A stretch of DNA of 64,000 nucleotides from Patescibacteria group bacterium (GTDB taxonomy: Bacteria > Patescibacteriota > Minisyncoccia > Phycocordibacterales > Phycocordibacteraceae): the NCBI GenBank assembly GCA_038064695.1, contig JBBTSO010000005.1, positions 42,070 through 106,069 on the forward strand. Direction: 5' to 3'. A model generated the notes under the pieces. It was not told the origin of the DNA, did not search any database, and saw nothing but the letters and a program-made list of their open reading frames with translations. Positions 1 to 10,241 of the stretch are shown here, piece after piece. The translations under genes were made by a program, and so were the position numbers. Position 1 is the stretch's first letter; the number at the start of each line of letters is the position of its first letter.

Positions 1-153
1 TTGAATACTCGCTTTGGAGTGCACCCACTCGCCATAGTGGAAAGCGTGGTCGTGGATCCTGATGAAACGGTGAGCACGGTGTACGCTCGCTCTCCTGTTT
101 CGTTTTCTGACATCGTGTACGTTACTTTTCTCCGTTCACTAGGAACGTTATGA
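1..153 (+). CDS. mreC: 3' end of probable rod shape-determining protein MreC (partial)
   Basis: Frame 1 is open to TGA at 151-153 (..AIVESVVVDPDETVSTVYARSPVSFSDIVYV..), resembles the MreC C-terminal beta region, overlaps the next gene by ATGA and lies upstream of an mreD-like gene and PBP2. Confidence 0.6.
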   Translation: MNTRFGVHPLAIVESVVVDPDETVSTVYARSPVSFSDIVYVTFLRSLGTL

Positions 154-407
154 AAAAAATCCACGCGGTACTTGGTCTCTACTTTATCGCTGTGTTCACC
201 ACTCCCTGGTTTGTGGTTCTGCCCTTTGGTTTAGCACTACTCGCGTTTTCTGAAAGGTACATCATTGTTCTTATTGGCGCGTTCATCTTTGATACGTTGT
301 TTGGAGCTCCCGTTCCATCGCTGGGAGGCATTTCATATGTTTTGACACTACTCTTTCTAGCGCTTTCGCTTCTCACCTTTGTTCTCCGAAGACGTTTGTT
401 AGAATAA
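150..407 (+). CDS. Small polytopic membrane protein, MreD-like by position
   Basis: 85 aa, almost entirely hydrophobic, between mreC and mrdA. Confidence 0.55.
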   Translation: MKKIHAVLGLYFIAVFTTPWFVVLPFGLALLAFSERYIIVLIGAFIFDTLFGAPVPSLGGISYVLTLLFLALSLLTFVLRRRLLE

Positions 408-411
408 GGAG

Positions 412-2091
412 ATGAGGATACGACGGAAACAGCGATACCAGGCAATAGAGCCGGATGAAATTTTGCTGGACGCGCAAAATTTGCCTGGGTTTGATGCAAC
501 TCGTCTTGAAGGGAAGTTAGAGCGTCCCTTGGAGCGAAATACATTTAGGAATTTTTTTATTGTCGTGGGACTCTTGGGTGCAGTGTTTATGGGACAACTG
601 GTGAAGCTCCAAGTGCTGGAGGCGGAAACATTAAAAGAACGCTCCGAAGCAAACCGTTTACAGCAGTCAATTATTATTTCTGAGCGCGGTGTCATTTTTG
701 ATAGAAACGGTGAGCTTTTAGCACTCAACACACCACAGCCAGATGTAGGTTTTTCTAAACGCACGTACCCCTTGGGGGAAGCAGCGTCACACGTGGTGGG
801 GTATGTGTCGTACCCGCGAAAAGACAGTAACGGTTTTTGGACTGAGATGGTCACGACGGGAAAATTTGGCATTGAACTCATAAAAGATGCTGAGCTCGCG
901 GGAGAAAACGGCATGGAAATAAAAGAGAGTAGCGCAACGGGGGACGTGGTGTCGGGGAGCACCATTCGTGTTCCGCAGGATGGTGATGACGTGACACTTT
1001 CTCTTGATGGCGCACTGCAAGAAAAGTTGTATTCACTTATCAAAACGCGAGCACTGGAAGCGTCATTTGTCGGTGGCTCGGGAGTTATTATGGATGTGCA
1101 TACGGGAGAGGTGTACGCGCTAACGAGTTTTCCTTCTTTTAATCCCGAAGTACTTGCCGAAGGAGAGGAGGTGGAGCTGATTGAAGAGTATTTTGGAGAC
1201 CTGCGCGCTCCACTTCTTGATCGAGCCATTGCCGGACTCTACACGCCAGGGTCAGTGGTGAAACCGTTTATGGCGCTCGCCGCTCTTGAAGAAAATGTTA
1301 TTTCTCCAGAAAAATCTATTTTTTCGTCAGGGTCAATTAGTATTCCTAACCCCTACAACTCTGAGTTACCATCGGTATTTCGTGACTGGAAAGCTCATGG
1401 GTGGACCGATATGCGAGAAGCACTTGCGGTTTCTTCAGACGTTTATTTCTACGCAGTCGGGGGCGGATACGAAGACCAACAGGGCTTAGGTATCAGCGCC
1501 ATTGAACAGTGGATGCGATCATTTGGTTTTGGCGAGCCGACAGGAATTGTGCTTTCTGGCGAAGAGGGTGGCGTTATTCCAAATCCAAAGTGGAAAGCAG
1601 AAAATTTTGAAGGTGAGCGGTGGTTTCTGGGAAACACATACCATACGGCAATTGGGCAGTACGGGTTTCAAGTGTCGCCACTGCAACTTGCACGAGGAAT
1701 TGCCGCAATCGCAAACGGGGGAACCGTGCTCACTCCATTGCTTGAAAAAGACGGACGTCCAAAAAAAGAGGTACTACCTATTGCCCCAAGCAGTGCCGAT
1801 GTTGTTCGTGAAGGAATGCGCCTCGCCGTAAAAGAAGGAACTGCCGCGGCACTCAATATCCCCGGTGTGTCAGTTGCCGCAAAAACGGGAACAGCTGAAG
1901 TAGGGGCACGGAAGGAATTCATCAATTCGGTGATCGTCGGATTTTTTCCCGCTGACGCGCCACGATTTGCGTTTGTCGTTGTCATGGAGCGAGCGCGTGC
2001 GGGAACTACTGCTGGCGCGCCATTGGTTATGCGACAGCTTTTGGAGTGGATGTATGTCGAACGTCCAGAGATGTTGGACGCTGTGGATTAA
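412..2091 (+). CDS. mrdA: Penicillin-binding protein 2 (class B transpeptidase)
   Basis: N-terminal TM, RGVIFDRNG, PGSVVK (SxxK), SSDVYFY, KTGTAE. Confidence 0.9.
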   Translation: MRIRRKQRYQAIEPDEILLDAQNLPGFDATRLEGKLERPLERNTFRNFFIVVGLLGAVFMGQLVKLQVLEAETLKERSEANRLQQSIIISERGVIFDRNGELLALNTPQPDVGFSKRTYPLGEAASHVVGYVSYPRKDSNGFWTEMVTTGKFGIELIKDAELAGENGMEIKESSATGDVVSGSTIRVPQDGDDVTLSLDGALQEKLYSLIKTRALEASFVGGSGVIMDVHTGEVYALTSFPSFNPEVLAEGEEVELIEEYFGDLRAPLLDRAIAGLYTPGSVVKPFMALAALEENVISPEKSIFSSGSISIPNPYNSELPSVFRDWKAHGWTDMREALAVSSDVYFYAVGGGYEDQQGLGISAIEQWMRSFGFGEPTGIVLSGEEGGVIPNPKWKAENFEGERWFLGNTYHTAIGQYGFQVSPLQLARGIAAIANGGTVLTPLLEKDGRPKKEVLPIAPSSADVVREGMRLAVKEGTAAALNIPGVSVAAKTGTAEVGARKEFINSVIVGFFPADAPRFAFVVVMERARAGTTAGAPLVMRQLLEWMYVERPEMLDAVD

Positions 2092-2122
2092 TACCTATCT
2101 TTACCGTATACTGCTCTCTACT

Positions 2123-2620
2123 ATGGTATCAAAAAAAGCAGCGATTCCTGAAGCCCCGAGTAATGAAAACTTTTTAACTCAAGAAAAATTTGACGAAATT
2201 CAATCCGAGCTAGAACACCTCACCACCACGACGAGAAAGGAAATAGCGGAAAGCTTAGAATACGCGCGAAGTTTGGGCGACCTTTCTGAAAACGCTGAGT
2301 ATCAAGCGGCTCGCGAATTGCAGGCAGCAACCGAAGAGCGCATCCGACGTTTAGAGGGCTTGGTGAAGTCGGCCGTGATTGTTTCTGAAAAGAAAAAAGG
2401 GGTAGTTGGTTTTGGGAGTCAGGTGACTATTTGTAAAAAGGGTGATAAAGAAAAACACATCTATACCATCGTGGGAAGTGAAGAAGCAGATATGCGCGAG
2501 AAAAAAATATCACACCTCTCTCCCTTGGGCGAAGCGTTGATGAATCGTAAAAAAGGGGAGAAATTTGGGTTTAAAACACCGAGCGGAATGCAGGAGTATA
2601 CTATTATTGATATTGTTTAA
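2123..2620 (+). CDS. greA: Transcription elongation factor GreA
   Basis: GDLSENAEY, IVGSEEAD, ISHLSPLGEAL; start moved to ATG 2123, downstream of a TATACT box. Confidence 0.95.
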   Translation: MVSKKAAIPEAPSNENFLTQEKFDEIQSELEHLTTTTRKEIAESLEYARSLGDLSENAEYQAARELQAATEERIRRLEGLVKSAVIVSEKKKGVVGFGSQVTICKKGDKEKHIYTIVGSEEADMREKKISHLSPLGEALMNRKKGEKFGFKTPSGMQEYTIIDIV

Positions 2621-2626
2621 GAACAC

Positions 2627-4090
2627 ATGTCTAGTATTGATGATATCCGAAATGAACGCCTAAAAAAGGTAGCCAAATTGCGCGCGGAGGGGATTGACCC
2701 GTATCCGGCAGACTCGCTGCGGACTGAAGACAACGCCTCCTTTATTGCCTCGTTTGAGGAAAAAGAAAAATCTCAAAATATCATTACCCTTGCAGGACGC
2801 GTAATGTCACTCCGAGACCAAGGAGGTATTGTTTTTGTCGACCTTGATGACGGAACTCATCGGGTGCAAGCACTTATAAAAAAAGATGATGTGGAACCAG
2901 CGTCGTTCGCGCTCTTTCTTGAAACTGTTGACGTGGGAGATTTTATTGAAGTGACGGGGCATGCGTTTACCACTAAGCGCGGTGTCCAGTCTCTCTCAGG
3001 CACACACTGGCGCATGCTTACCAAAAGCATTCAGAACATTCCTAGTGAGTGGTTTGGAATTAAAGATGAAGATGAACGGTATCGAAAGCGCTACCTCGAT
3101 ATTTTGTTAAATGAAAAAACGAGTGATCTCATAAAGAAACGATCGGTGTTTTGGAATGCTATTCGTTCTTTTATGTTGGAACGCAACTTTGTAGAAGTTG
3201 AAACACCTGTGTTGGAAACAAAAACGGGAGGCGCCGACGCGCGGCCATTTGTGACACATCACAACGCGCTTGATATAGATGTTTACTTGCGCATCTCAGC
3301 GGGTGAGTTGTGGCAAAAACGTCTTTTGGTTGGTGGCATTCCTAAAACATTTGAAATCGGGAGAATTTTCCGCAACGAGGGAATGTCCTACGAGCACGCT
3401 CAGGATTACACGCAGTTTGAATTTTATGAAGCATACCAAAGTGGAGAACAGGGAGTCGCTATGCTCATTGATTTGTATAGAGCGGTTGCGCAAAAAACGT
3501 TTGGTACTCTCGCGTTCTCCATCAACGGATTTGAAGTTGATTTAGAAAAAGAGTGGACGCGCATTGACTTTAATACTGTTATGAAAAAGACGTACGGGTT
3601 TGACCCGCGCACGGTGACACTAAAAGAAGTAGTAGGACATCTCACCACCGAACACATTCCTTTTGAAAAAAATATTGATGTTGGTCGCGGTGTTGATCTT
3701 TTGTGGAAGCAGGTACGCAAAACAATCGGCGGGCCTTCTATACTCACTGGGATGCCGGTTTATCTTGAACCACTCGCCAAAAAGAATAAAGACGATAATC
3801 GTGTCGTGGATCGTTTTCAAATTTTAATAGGGGGAAGCGAGCTCGGTAAAGGATTTAATGAACTGAATGATCCTGTTGACCAAACTGAGCGTTTTATGAC
3901 TCAGCAAGCACTCCGCGACTCAGGTGATGAAGAGGCGCAGATGGCAGACTTAGAGTATGTTGAGGCACTTGAGTACGGTATGCCTCCCGCCTTCGGCTTT
4001 GGTGTATCGGAGCGTCTCTTCAGTTTTCTCGCGGGAGTTTCAATTCGCGAAGCACAGCTATTTCCTCTGATGCGTCCTCGTGGCGAATAA
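2627..4090 (+). CDS. lysS: Lysine--tRNA ligase (class II)
   Basis: OB fold, RYRKRYLD, GGADARPFVTHHNALD, FRNEG, YGMPPAFGFG. Confidence 0.97.
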   Translation: MSSIDDIRNERLKKVAKLRAEGIDPYPADSLRTEDNASFIASFEEKEKSQNIITLAGRVMSLRDQGGIVFVDLDDGTHRVQALIKKDDVEPASFALFLETVDVGDFIEVTGHAFTTKRGVQSLSGTHWRMLTKSIQNIPSEWFGIKDEDERYRKRYLDILLNEKTSDLIKKRSVFWNAIRSFMLERNFVEVETPVLETKTGGADARPFVTHHNALDIDVYLRISAGELWQKRLLVGGIPKTFEIGRIFRNEGMSYEHAQDYTQFEFYEAYQSGEQGVAMLIDLYRAVAQKTFGTLAFSINGFEVDLEKEWTRIDFNTVMKKTYGFDPRTVTLKEVVGHLTTEHIPFEKNIDVGRGVDLLWKQVRKTIGGPSILTGMPVYLEPLAKKNKDDNRVVDRFQILIGGSELGKGFNELNDPVDQTERFMTQQALRDSGDEEAQMADLEYVEALEYGMPPAFGFGVSERLFSFLAGVSIREAQLFPLMRPRGE

Positions 4091-4158
4091 TATGTAGTTG
4101 CACGGTGCGCCTCCACGGTGTACGGTGAAAGTAGGTTATAGATCATTACACAAAAACT

Positions 4159-4365
4159 ATGAAAGAATTATTGACACGAAAAAATGCATCACTCGTAGGC
4201 TACGCTGGTTTTGCTGGCTTCGGTTTGTATTCAATATTTGAAACAATGTTGGGAAATAACGAAGGAATGGGAAGCGAGGGCGCCGCGTTTCTTTCGCTCC
4301 TCGTTGGTTTATTTTTTGGTCAGCCAAAACCGATGGTGCATACAGGAGGAGGGGAAAAAGACTAG
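4159..4365 (+). CDS. Small two-TM hypothetical protein
   Basis: 68 aa ORF with two hydrophobic stretches, followed by a terminator. Confidence 0.55.
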   Translation: MKELLTRKNASLVGYAGFAGFGLYSIFETMLGNNEGMGSEGAAFLSLLVGLFFGQPKPMVHTGGGEKD

Positions 4366-4378
4366 GATCCGTAGCGAC

Positions 4379-4407
4379 AAAAAGCGCCCGTTTTAGGGCG
4401 TTTTTTT
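4379..4407 (+). terminator. Intrinsic terminator
   Basis: CGCCC-gtttta-GGGCG followed by T7 and preceded by an A-tract. Confidence 0.75.
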
Positions 4408-4419
4408 AATGTTCCTATG

Positions 4420-4510
4420 TGTGGATAAAGGAGCAAAGGTGGGATGAAGTGTCATACAATGGTATCTATGTGGGAGAAAGTGGGATACTTTTAAAAAGTG
4501 CTCATCCACA
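4420..4510 (+). promoter_or_regulatory. mraZ promoter with MraZ-box repeats and DnaA boxes
   Basis: GTGGG at 4439, 4470 and 4480 (last two 10 bp apart), TACAAT at 4455, perfect DnaA box TGTGGATAA at 4420-4428, 1-mismatch TCATCCACA at 4502-4510. Confidence 0.65.
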
Positions 4511-4516
4511 ACAAAC

Positions 4517-4951
4517 ATGCTGATTGGCGAATACCTCCACACCATTGATCCAAAAAAGCGTTTATCGCTTCCCGTAAAATTTCGCAAGGAATTGGGAAAA
4601 ACGGTTCTGGTGACGAGAGGTCTCGATCAGTGTCTCTTTGTCTTTCCACAAGCTGCATGGAAAAAGCTCGTTTCCAAATTTAGCGAACTTTCATTCGGTT
4701 CCGTTGAGGGGAGAAGCTTTAATCGCTTCATGCTCTCGGGGGCCGTGGAGGTTGACGTAGACTCCGCGGGGCGCATTTTGTTGCCAGAGTTCCTGAAGGG
4801 ATTTGCGGGACTCAAAAGCAAAGTGGTTCTTGCCGGAGTCAACGACCGTGTTGAAATTTGGGACGAGAAACGCTGGAATTCATACAAAGCAAAAATTGAA
4901 TCTCAAGGTGACGCGCTCGCGCAAAAGTTGGGTGAGATAGGCGTTATTTAA
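4517..4951 (+). CDS. mraZ: Transcriptional regulator MraZ
   Basis: GEYLHTIDPKKRLSLP, DSAGRILLP, RVEIWD. Confidence 0.96.
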   Translation: MLIGEYLHTIDPKKRLSLPVKFRKELGKTVLVTRGLDQCLFVFPQAAWKKLVSKFSELSFGSVEGRSFNRFMLSGAVEVDVDSAGRILLPEFLKGFAGLKSKVVLAGVNDRVEIWDEKRWNSYKAKIESQGDALAQKLGEIGVI

Positions 4952-4957
4952 AGCACC

Positions 4958-5851
4958 ATGCAGGGACACACTACCGTTCTTTTACACGAAGCAGTAGAGG
5001 GCTTATCACTTTCTCCGGGCAACACAGTCGTTGATGCGACGCTGGGCTTAGGAGGTCACAGCGTTTTGTTGGCGGACATTGTTGGAGCAGGGGGAGTAGT
5101 GGTGGGAATTGATGCTGACCAGAACGCGATTGATGAAGCACGTTCTCGACTTGCCACGGTTGAGGCACGCGTACACCTGATCAACGGAAATTTCCGTGAT
5201 CTTGCGACTCATCTTTCTGCCATTGGTTTCAGTGAAATACACGGGGCACTCTTTGACCTTGGATGGAACTCCACACAGTTGAACGCGGGAAGGGGATTCA
5301 GTTTTAAATCTGATGACCCACTGGTTATGACGTTGGACGCACATCCAGAAGAAGGGAGACTTACCGCGCATACGATTGTTAACCAGTGGAGTGAACGCGA
5401 CCTTGCCGACATCATTCGTACCCTCGGAGAAGAGAAGTTTGCAGGACGCATTGCGCGCGTGATTGTAGAGCATCGGAAAAAAACTCGAATCACTCGCGCG
5501 AATGAGCTTGCCGAAATCATTTCGTCCGCGGTGCCACATTTTTATCGCGTGGGAAGCATTCACCCCGCGACAAAAACTTTCCAAGCACTTCGGATGATGG
5601 TGAATGACGAGCTGACTTCACTCACTGCCGGACTTGAGCAAGCATTCTCACTCCTCGCCACCCACGGAAGAATCGCGGTCATTACCTTCCACAGCTTGGA
5701 AGACGGCCTCGTCAAACGATTATTTAGAGATCTTGCCAAAGAGGGACGTGCGATACTTGTCACCAAAAAACCACACATTCCAACACGAGAAGAAATTAGC
5801 AACAATCCTCGCGCGCGAAGCGCAAAATTACGAATTATTGAAAAAGTATGA
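4958..5851 (+). CDS. rsmH: 16S rRNA m4C1402 methyltransferase RsmH
   Basis: HTTVLLHE, DATLGLGGHS, HPATKTFQALR, TFHSLED, NPRARSAKLR. Confidence 0.96.
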   Translation: MQGHTTVLLHEAVEGLSLSPGNTVVDATLGLGGHSVLLADIVGAGGVVVGIDADQNAIDEARSRLATVEARVHLINGNFRDLATHLSAIGFSEIHGALFDLGWNSTQLNAGRGFSFKSDDPLVMTLDAHPEEGRLTAHTIVNQWSERDLADIIRTLGEEKFAGRIARVIVEHRKKTRITRANELAEIISSAVPHFYRVGSIHPATKTFQALRMMVNDELTSLTAGLEQAFSLLATHGRIAVITFHSLEDGLVKRLFRDLAKEGRAILVTKKPHIPTREEISNNPRARSAKLRIIEKV

Positions 5852-6165
5852 ACCGAACACACACCACGCGAGAAGTTTCTTTTGCATATGAAAAACGCAT
5901 CCTGTTCGGCGTGGGCGTTGTGATTTTAAGCTTGATGGTTATGTATACCTACTTCGTGTCGCTTTCTATCGCGCACGCGGTTTCTCGTGAATCATACGTG
6001 CGTGAATCAGAAGGTCTTGTAGACACGGTAGCGGCGCTTGAACGTGAGTACCTTACCCGTTCGAACAGCATGACCGAGCGCGTGGCGTATGGGTTAGGGT
6101 ATGTGCCTATTAGTACGCGTGTCTACGTAGAGCGCGGAGTGCTATCCTTGGGTAATGCGCGCTAG
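5848..6165 (+). CDS. FtsL-like cell division protein
   Basis: Single TM plus coiled coil, between rsmH and ftsI. Confidence 0.6.
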   Translation: MNRTHTTREVSFAYEKRILFGVGVVILSLMVMYTYFVSLSIAHAVSRESYVRESEGLVDTVAALEREYLTRSNSMTERVAYGLGYVPISTRVYVERGVLSLGNAR

Positions 6166-7915
6166 CTTCATAAATAGAATTCGCGTACTCGCTCTCATAC
6201 TTCTCGGTGTGGGAGTTGTTTTATTGTTTAGGTTGTACACCATTCAAATCATAAACGGTGAATCGTATCGCGCCCGGGCTGAAACACAGTACTCATCTCA
6301 GAGCCCGCTGCACTTTGATCGAGGGTCAATTTTTTTTACCGCCCGTGACGGTTCACGAATAAGCGCGGCAACACTGGAAACAGGCTATACCGTGGCGCTG
6401 GTTCCTAAAGAGGTGACTAACGTCTCAGTACTCTATGAGTCACTTTCTCAACATCTTGAATTAGACGCAGAGGAATTTTTAGAAAAAGCGGGGAAAACAA
6501 ATGACCCATACGAAGAAATCGCGCGACGCGTTCCCCTTGATATTGGTGAAGCAATAAAAGAAAAAAAATTGCCAGGAGTGCAGGTTATACGTGAAAAATG
6601 GCGACTCTATCCGGGTAACGAAACCGCAGCGCAGACGATTGGGTTTATGGGGTATGGTTCTGGGGACACCCTGGTAGGTCAGTACGGGTTGGAACGTTTT
6701 TATGATGAGGTGTTAACCAAACCAAACACCGGCCTCTACGTCAACTTTTTTGCCGACCTCTTTGCAGGAATTCGCTCTCAATTTTTTTCACCCCAAGGGC
6801 AGGGAGGTGCCGACGTCGTGACCTCGCTTGAACCCAACGTGCAAACATTTTTACAGGGAGTGCTGGAGTCATACCAAACGGCGTGGAGCGCCGAAGAAGT
6901 TGGAGCGATTATCATTGACCCAAAAACAGGAAGCATTTACGCACTCGCGACGTACCCGACGTTTGACTTAAACCACATCACGCAAGCAAACCCCGATGCA
7001 TTTTCGAATAGATTAGTAGAGCGCGTGTACGAGTTTGGTTCTATTGTAAAACCACTGACGGTCGCTGCTGGCATTGACGCGGGTGTGGTGACTCCGGAGA
7101 GTACGTACAACGATAAGGGGTACGCGGTGTATGACGGTTCACGTATTTCTAACTTCGACGGCAAGGGAAGGGGAGTTGTTTCCATACAGGAGGTATTGAA
7201 TCAATCTTTGAACACGGGTGTCGCACACATTGTTGAAAAGCTTGGCTCCAACACGTTCCGTTCGTACCTTGAAGCGTATGGTTTGAAGGAAGAAACGGGG
7301 ATTGATTTGCCGAACGAAGCTGAGCCTCTTGTTTCAAACCTTGAAAGTCCACGAACCATTGAGTACGTTACCGCGTCGTTCGGGCAAGGCATTGCGGTAA
7401 CTCCCGTTGCGATGACGCGCGCGTTAGCCGTGCTGGCAAATCATGGCGTGGTTCCGTCCATTCACGTTGGCACGGCGCTGTCGTACGCGGGGCGCTTTGA
7501 TAAAAAGATTGGGTGGGTAAAAGAAGAGCGCGCGCTTTCGCCTGAAAGTGCCGAAACGGTAACACGTATGCTGGTTGAAGTAGTGGATACGTCGCTTCGT
7601 GGTGGATCGGTAAAAATTCCTGAACTTTCAGTGGCTGCCAAAACAGGGACGGCACAAATCGCGCGCGCAGACGCGCGCGGATATGAAGAAAACCGCTTCC
7701 TTCACTCATTCTTTGGATATTTCCCCGCCTATGATGCGCAATTTTTAGTTTTTCTATACGCGGTAGCGCCACAGGGCGCGCGGTACGCATCTGAAACGTG
7801 GACTGCTCCCTTTATGGAAACAGTGCGTTTTCTGGTATCCTATTACGATATACCTCCTGACCGTTTGCCCGTTGAGGCACACCGCACCGAAGAATCAGCA
7901 CGACACGATCTATGA
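6155..7915 (+). CDS. ftsI: Class B penicillin-binding protein FtsI/PBP3
   Basis: YEFGSIVK, SLN, KTGTAQ; dcw position. Confidence 0.88.
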   Translation: MRASFINRIRVLALILLGVGVVLLFRLYTIQIINGESYRARAETQYSSQSPLHFDRGSIFFTARDGSRISAATLETGYTVALVPKEVTNVSVLYESLSQHLELDAEEFLEKAGKTNDPYEEIARRVPLDIGEAIKEKKLPGVQVIREKWRLYPGNETAAQTIGFMGYGSGDTLVGQYGLERFYDEVLTKPNTGLYVNFFADLFAGIRSQFFSPQGQGGADVVTSLEPNVQTFLQGVLESYQTAWSAEEVGAIIIDPKTGSIYALATYPTFDLNHITQANPDAFSNRLVERVYEFGSIVKPLTVAAGIDAGVVTPESTYNDKGYAVYDGSRISNFDGKGRGVVSIQEVLNQSLNTGVAHIVEKLGSNTFRSYLEAYGLKEETGIDLPNEAEPLVSNLESPRTIEYVTASFGQGIAVTPVAMTRALAVLANHGVVPSIHVGTALSYAGRFDKKIGWVKEERALSPESAETVTRMLVEVVDTSLRGGSVKIPELSVAAKTGTAQIARADARGYEENRFLHSFFGYFPAYDAQFLVFLYAVAPQGARYASETWTAPFMETVRFLVSYYDIPPDRLPVEAHRTEESARHDL

Positions 7916-9204
7916 TGAAAGAATACATTCGCACCTTCATTGTGTATTTGCTCACGCTTGAAGCGCGTGCGGTACTGAAAAAGTACAAACCGCGACTCAT
8001 CGTGGTAACTGGATCAGTGGGAAAGACTTCCACTAAAGACGCCACGTACGCGGCACTAAAACAGGTCGCGTTTGTTCGAAAGAGTGAAAAAAGTTACAAC
8101 TCAGACATTGGCGCGCCGCTCACCATTTTGGGAGTGCCAAACGGGTGGAGCAACTTGTACCAATGGTTTAAAAATTTATTTGATGGCGCGATGCTCCTTT
8201 TAATTTCAACACCGTACCCAACGTGGCTGGTGGTAGAGGTTGGCGCGGACCGCCCCGGAGATATTTCCAAATCACTTTCTTGGTTAAAACCAACGGTCGT
8301 GGTTACCACGCGCTTTCCCGCCATACCGGTTCACGTGGAGTACTACGCTTCGCCAGAAGCGGTCATAGAAGAAGAACTGTACCCACTCTCTGCGCTTGCC
8401 GAAGGTGGGGTAGCGGTTATCAATGCTGATGAGCCTCATACGGCACAGGTCACTTTAAAATCCGGTGTGCGTACACTTACGTACGGTTTTTCAAAACGCG
8501 CTGATGTTCGCGCACATCGATATCGCGTGTCAAAAAAAGCAGGGTTACCGAGCGGCATTACCTTTGATGTGATGCACCAGGGTACTGAAATTTCAATTGT
8601 CATCCCGGGCGTTGTGGGGAAAACACACGTGTACGCAATTTTAGGCGGTATGGCAGGGGCGCTTGCCACAGGGGCCACTCTTTCTAATATTGCAAAGCTC
8701 GCGGATTCATACGATGCTCCTCCAGGACGGCTTCGCCTCGTTCCAGGAATGCACGAGTCACTCATCGTTGACGACTCATACAATTCTTCTCCCGCTGCGG
8801 TTGAAGAAGCACTGGAGGCACTGCAAAACGCCACGCACACCGGAAGGCGCATTGGAATACTAGGAGATATGTTGGAGTTAGGCTCATTTTCAGCCAAAGA
8901 GCACGCGCGCATTGGAGTACTCGCAGAGTCACGTCTCGATATGTTGATAACTGTCGGGGTTCGCGCGCGCGGTATTGCTGAAGCGGCCTTAGAGAAGGGG
9001 ATGCCGGTTTCTGCTGTGCACCTGTTTGAGCGGGGGAGCGACGCCGCTTCTTCAGTATTATCTGAATTAAAAAAAGGCGACGTGGTGTTAATAAAAGGGT
9101 CCCAGAGTATGCGTATGGAGCGTATTACTAAGGCACTTATGCAAAACCCTGAAGAGGCGGTAAAATTTCTCCCGCGTCAAGATACCGAATGGCTCGCTCG
9201 GTGA
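7912..9204 (+). CDS. murF: UDP-MurNAc-tripeptide--D-Ala-D-Ala ligase MurF
   Basis: VTGSVGKTSTK, DDSYNSSP, LGDMLELG, LIKGSQSMRME. Confidence 0.9.
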   Translation: MMKEYIRTFIVYLLTLEARAVLKKYKPRLIVVTGSVGKTSTKDATYAALKQVAFVRKSEKSYNSDIGAPLTILGVPNGWSNLYQWFKNLFDGAMLLLISTPYPTWLVVEVGADRPGDISKSLSWLKPTVVVTTRFPAIPVHVEYYASPEAVIEEELYPLSALAEGGVAVINADEPHTAQVTLKSGVRTLTYGFSKRADVRAHRYRVSKKAGLPSGITFDVMHQGTEISIVIPGVVGKTHVYAILGGMAGALATGATLSNIAKLADSYDAPPGRLRLVPGMHESLIVDDSYNSSPAAVEEALEALQNATHTGRRIGILGDMLELGSFSAKEHARIGVLAESRLDMLITVGVRARGIAEAALEKGMPVSAVHLFERGSDAASSVLSELKKGDVVLIKGSQSMRMERITKALMQNPEEAVKFLPRQDTEWLAR

Positions 9205-9265
9205 GTAGACGTTGGTCATTCCGCAGCACCACCACAGTAGCGTTTTTCCGTAGTAGAATTACGCT

Positions 9266-10219
9266 ATGAGTAAACAGAGAGTACTCCTTGCCTTTGGGGG
9301 GATTGTACTTATTCTTGTCGTTGGTATGTGGGGGTGGGTCGTATTTGGCCCCGTTCGGTATTCGCTATTTTATTTTTTTACCCTGCTCAATGCGCCTCAA
9401 GAAGTGAAAGATATGCTTTTTGTTGTTGACAGTGACAGCTCATCTTCGCTTGTCCGTATCCGTCTCGGGGGTCTTGAGACTCAAACATTTGAAGGAATTC
9501 ATATTTTAGGAGTTGAGCGCACAAACGACAAAACAGCAGTGCTGGTATTTCAACAAGGGAGTGGCGCTACGAATGTGGCTCGAGTGGAAGGGGATGCTCT
9601 GGTGCCCTTAACTGATGATGGAGAGATGAAAAAAAGTGTCGCTTTTTCTTCTGATGGAGCATATTTTGCCTACACTGTTCCGGTGAGTTTGTCCCTTCAG
9701 GAGAGTGACTCAGATTCAGGGGAAGTGCCGTCAATCTCATACTCTCCCAATGCGTTTAGTGTTCAAGTCTATGAACGTTCCGGTGCCTTTATTGAGTCTT
9801 TTTCAGGGAACCATCCGTTTTTTTTAGACAATGAGACACTCGGATTTTTTTCTGAAGAAGGGATTGAAACGAAGAATCTCGTCAAAGGCGACAAAACGTA
9901 TATTTACGACGACATCGCTTTTTTGGCAGATGAACGTCCGTATTTCGGGCGCAATAACACCATGATCGTCCGCAACCCTGTTTCCAATGAACTGGTCGTC
10001 TTTCAATTTATTTCCACGCCGCCCTTAGTGTATCGAATCGCCGGAGTGCTGCCTGGCTCGTCGAACGGTTTCGCGCTTTCCCGAGACGATGCTGTATACC
10101 ACGGGTTTTCAACTGACGGATCGTTTATAATACAGAAAGTGACTGATTTTGAACAGTCGCCAGAAGTCTTTTTTTCAATCCCGTCCTCGTTTTTTAGTCC
10201 CACCAGTGCGGTGTTTTAG
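9266..10219 (+). CDS. Membrane-anchored hypothetical protein, possible TolB-like beta-propeller
   Basis: N-terminal TM, AFSSDGAYFAY blade-like motif, beta-rich. Confidence 0.55.
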   Translation: MSKQRVLLAFGGIVLILVVGMWGWVVFGPVRYSLFYFFTLLNAPQEVKDMLFVVDSDSSSSLVRIRLGGLETQTFEGIHILGVERTNDKTAVLVFQQGSGATNVARVEGDALVPLTDDGEMKKSVAFSSDGAYFAYTVPVSLSLQESDSDSGEVPSISYSPNAFSVQVYERSGAFIESFSGNHPFFLDNETLGFFSEEGIETKNLVKGDKTYIYDDIAFLADERPYFGRNNTMIVRNPVSNELVVFQFISTPPLVYRIAGVLPGSSNGFALSRDDAVYHGFSTDGSFIIQKVTDFEQSPEVFFSIPSSFFSPTSAVF

Positions 10220-10241
10220 TTCTGATAATTTATAAAAGCAT

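Noticed and set aside
4101-4127. CACGGTG/TACGGTG triple repeat after lysS
   Set aside because: Short and irregularly spaced; cannot be told from chance
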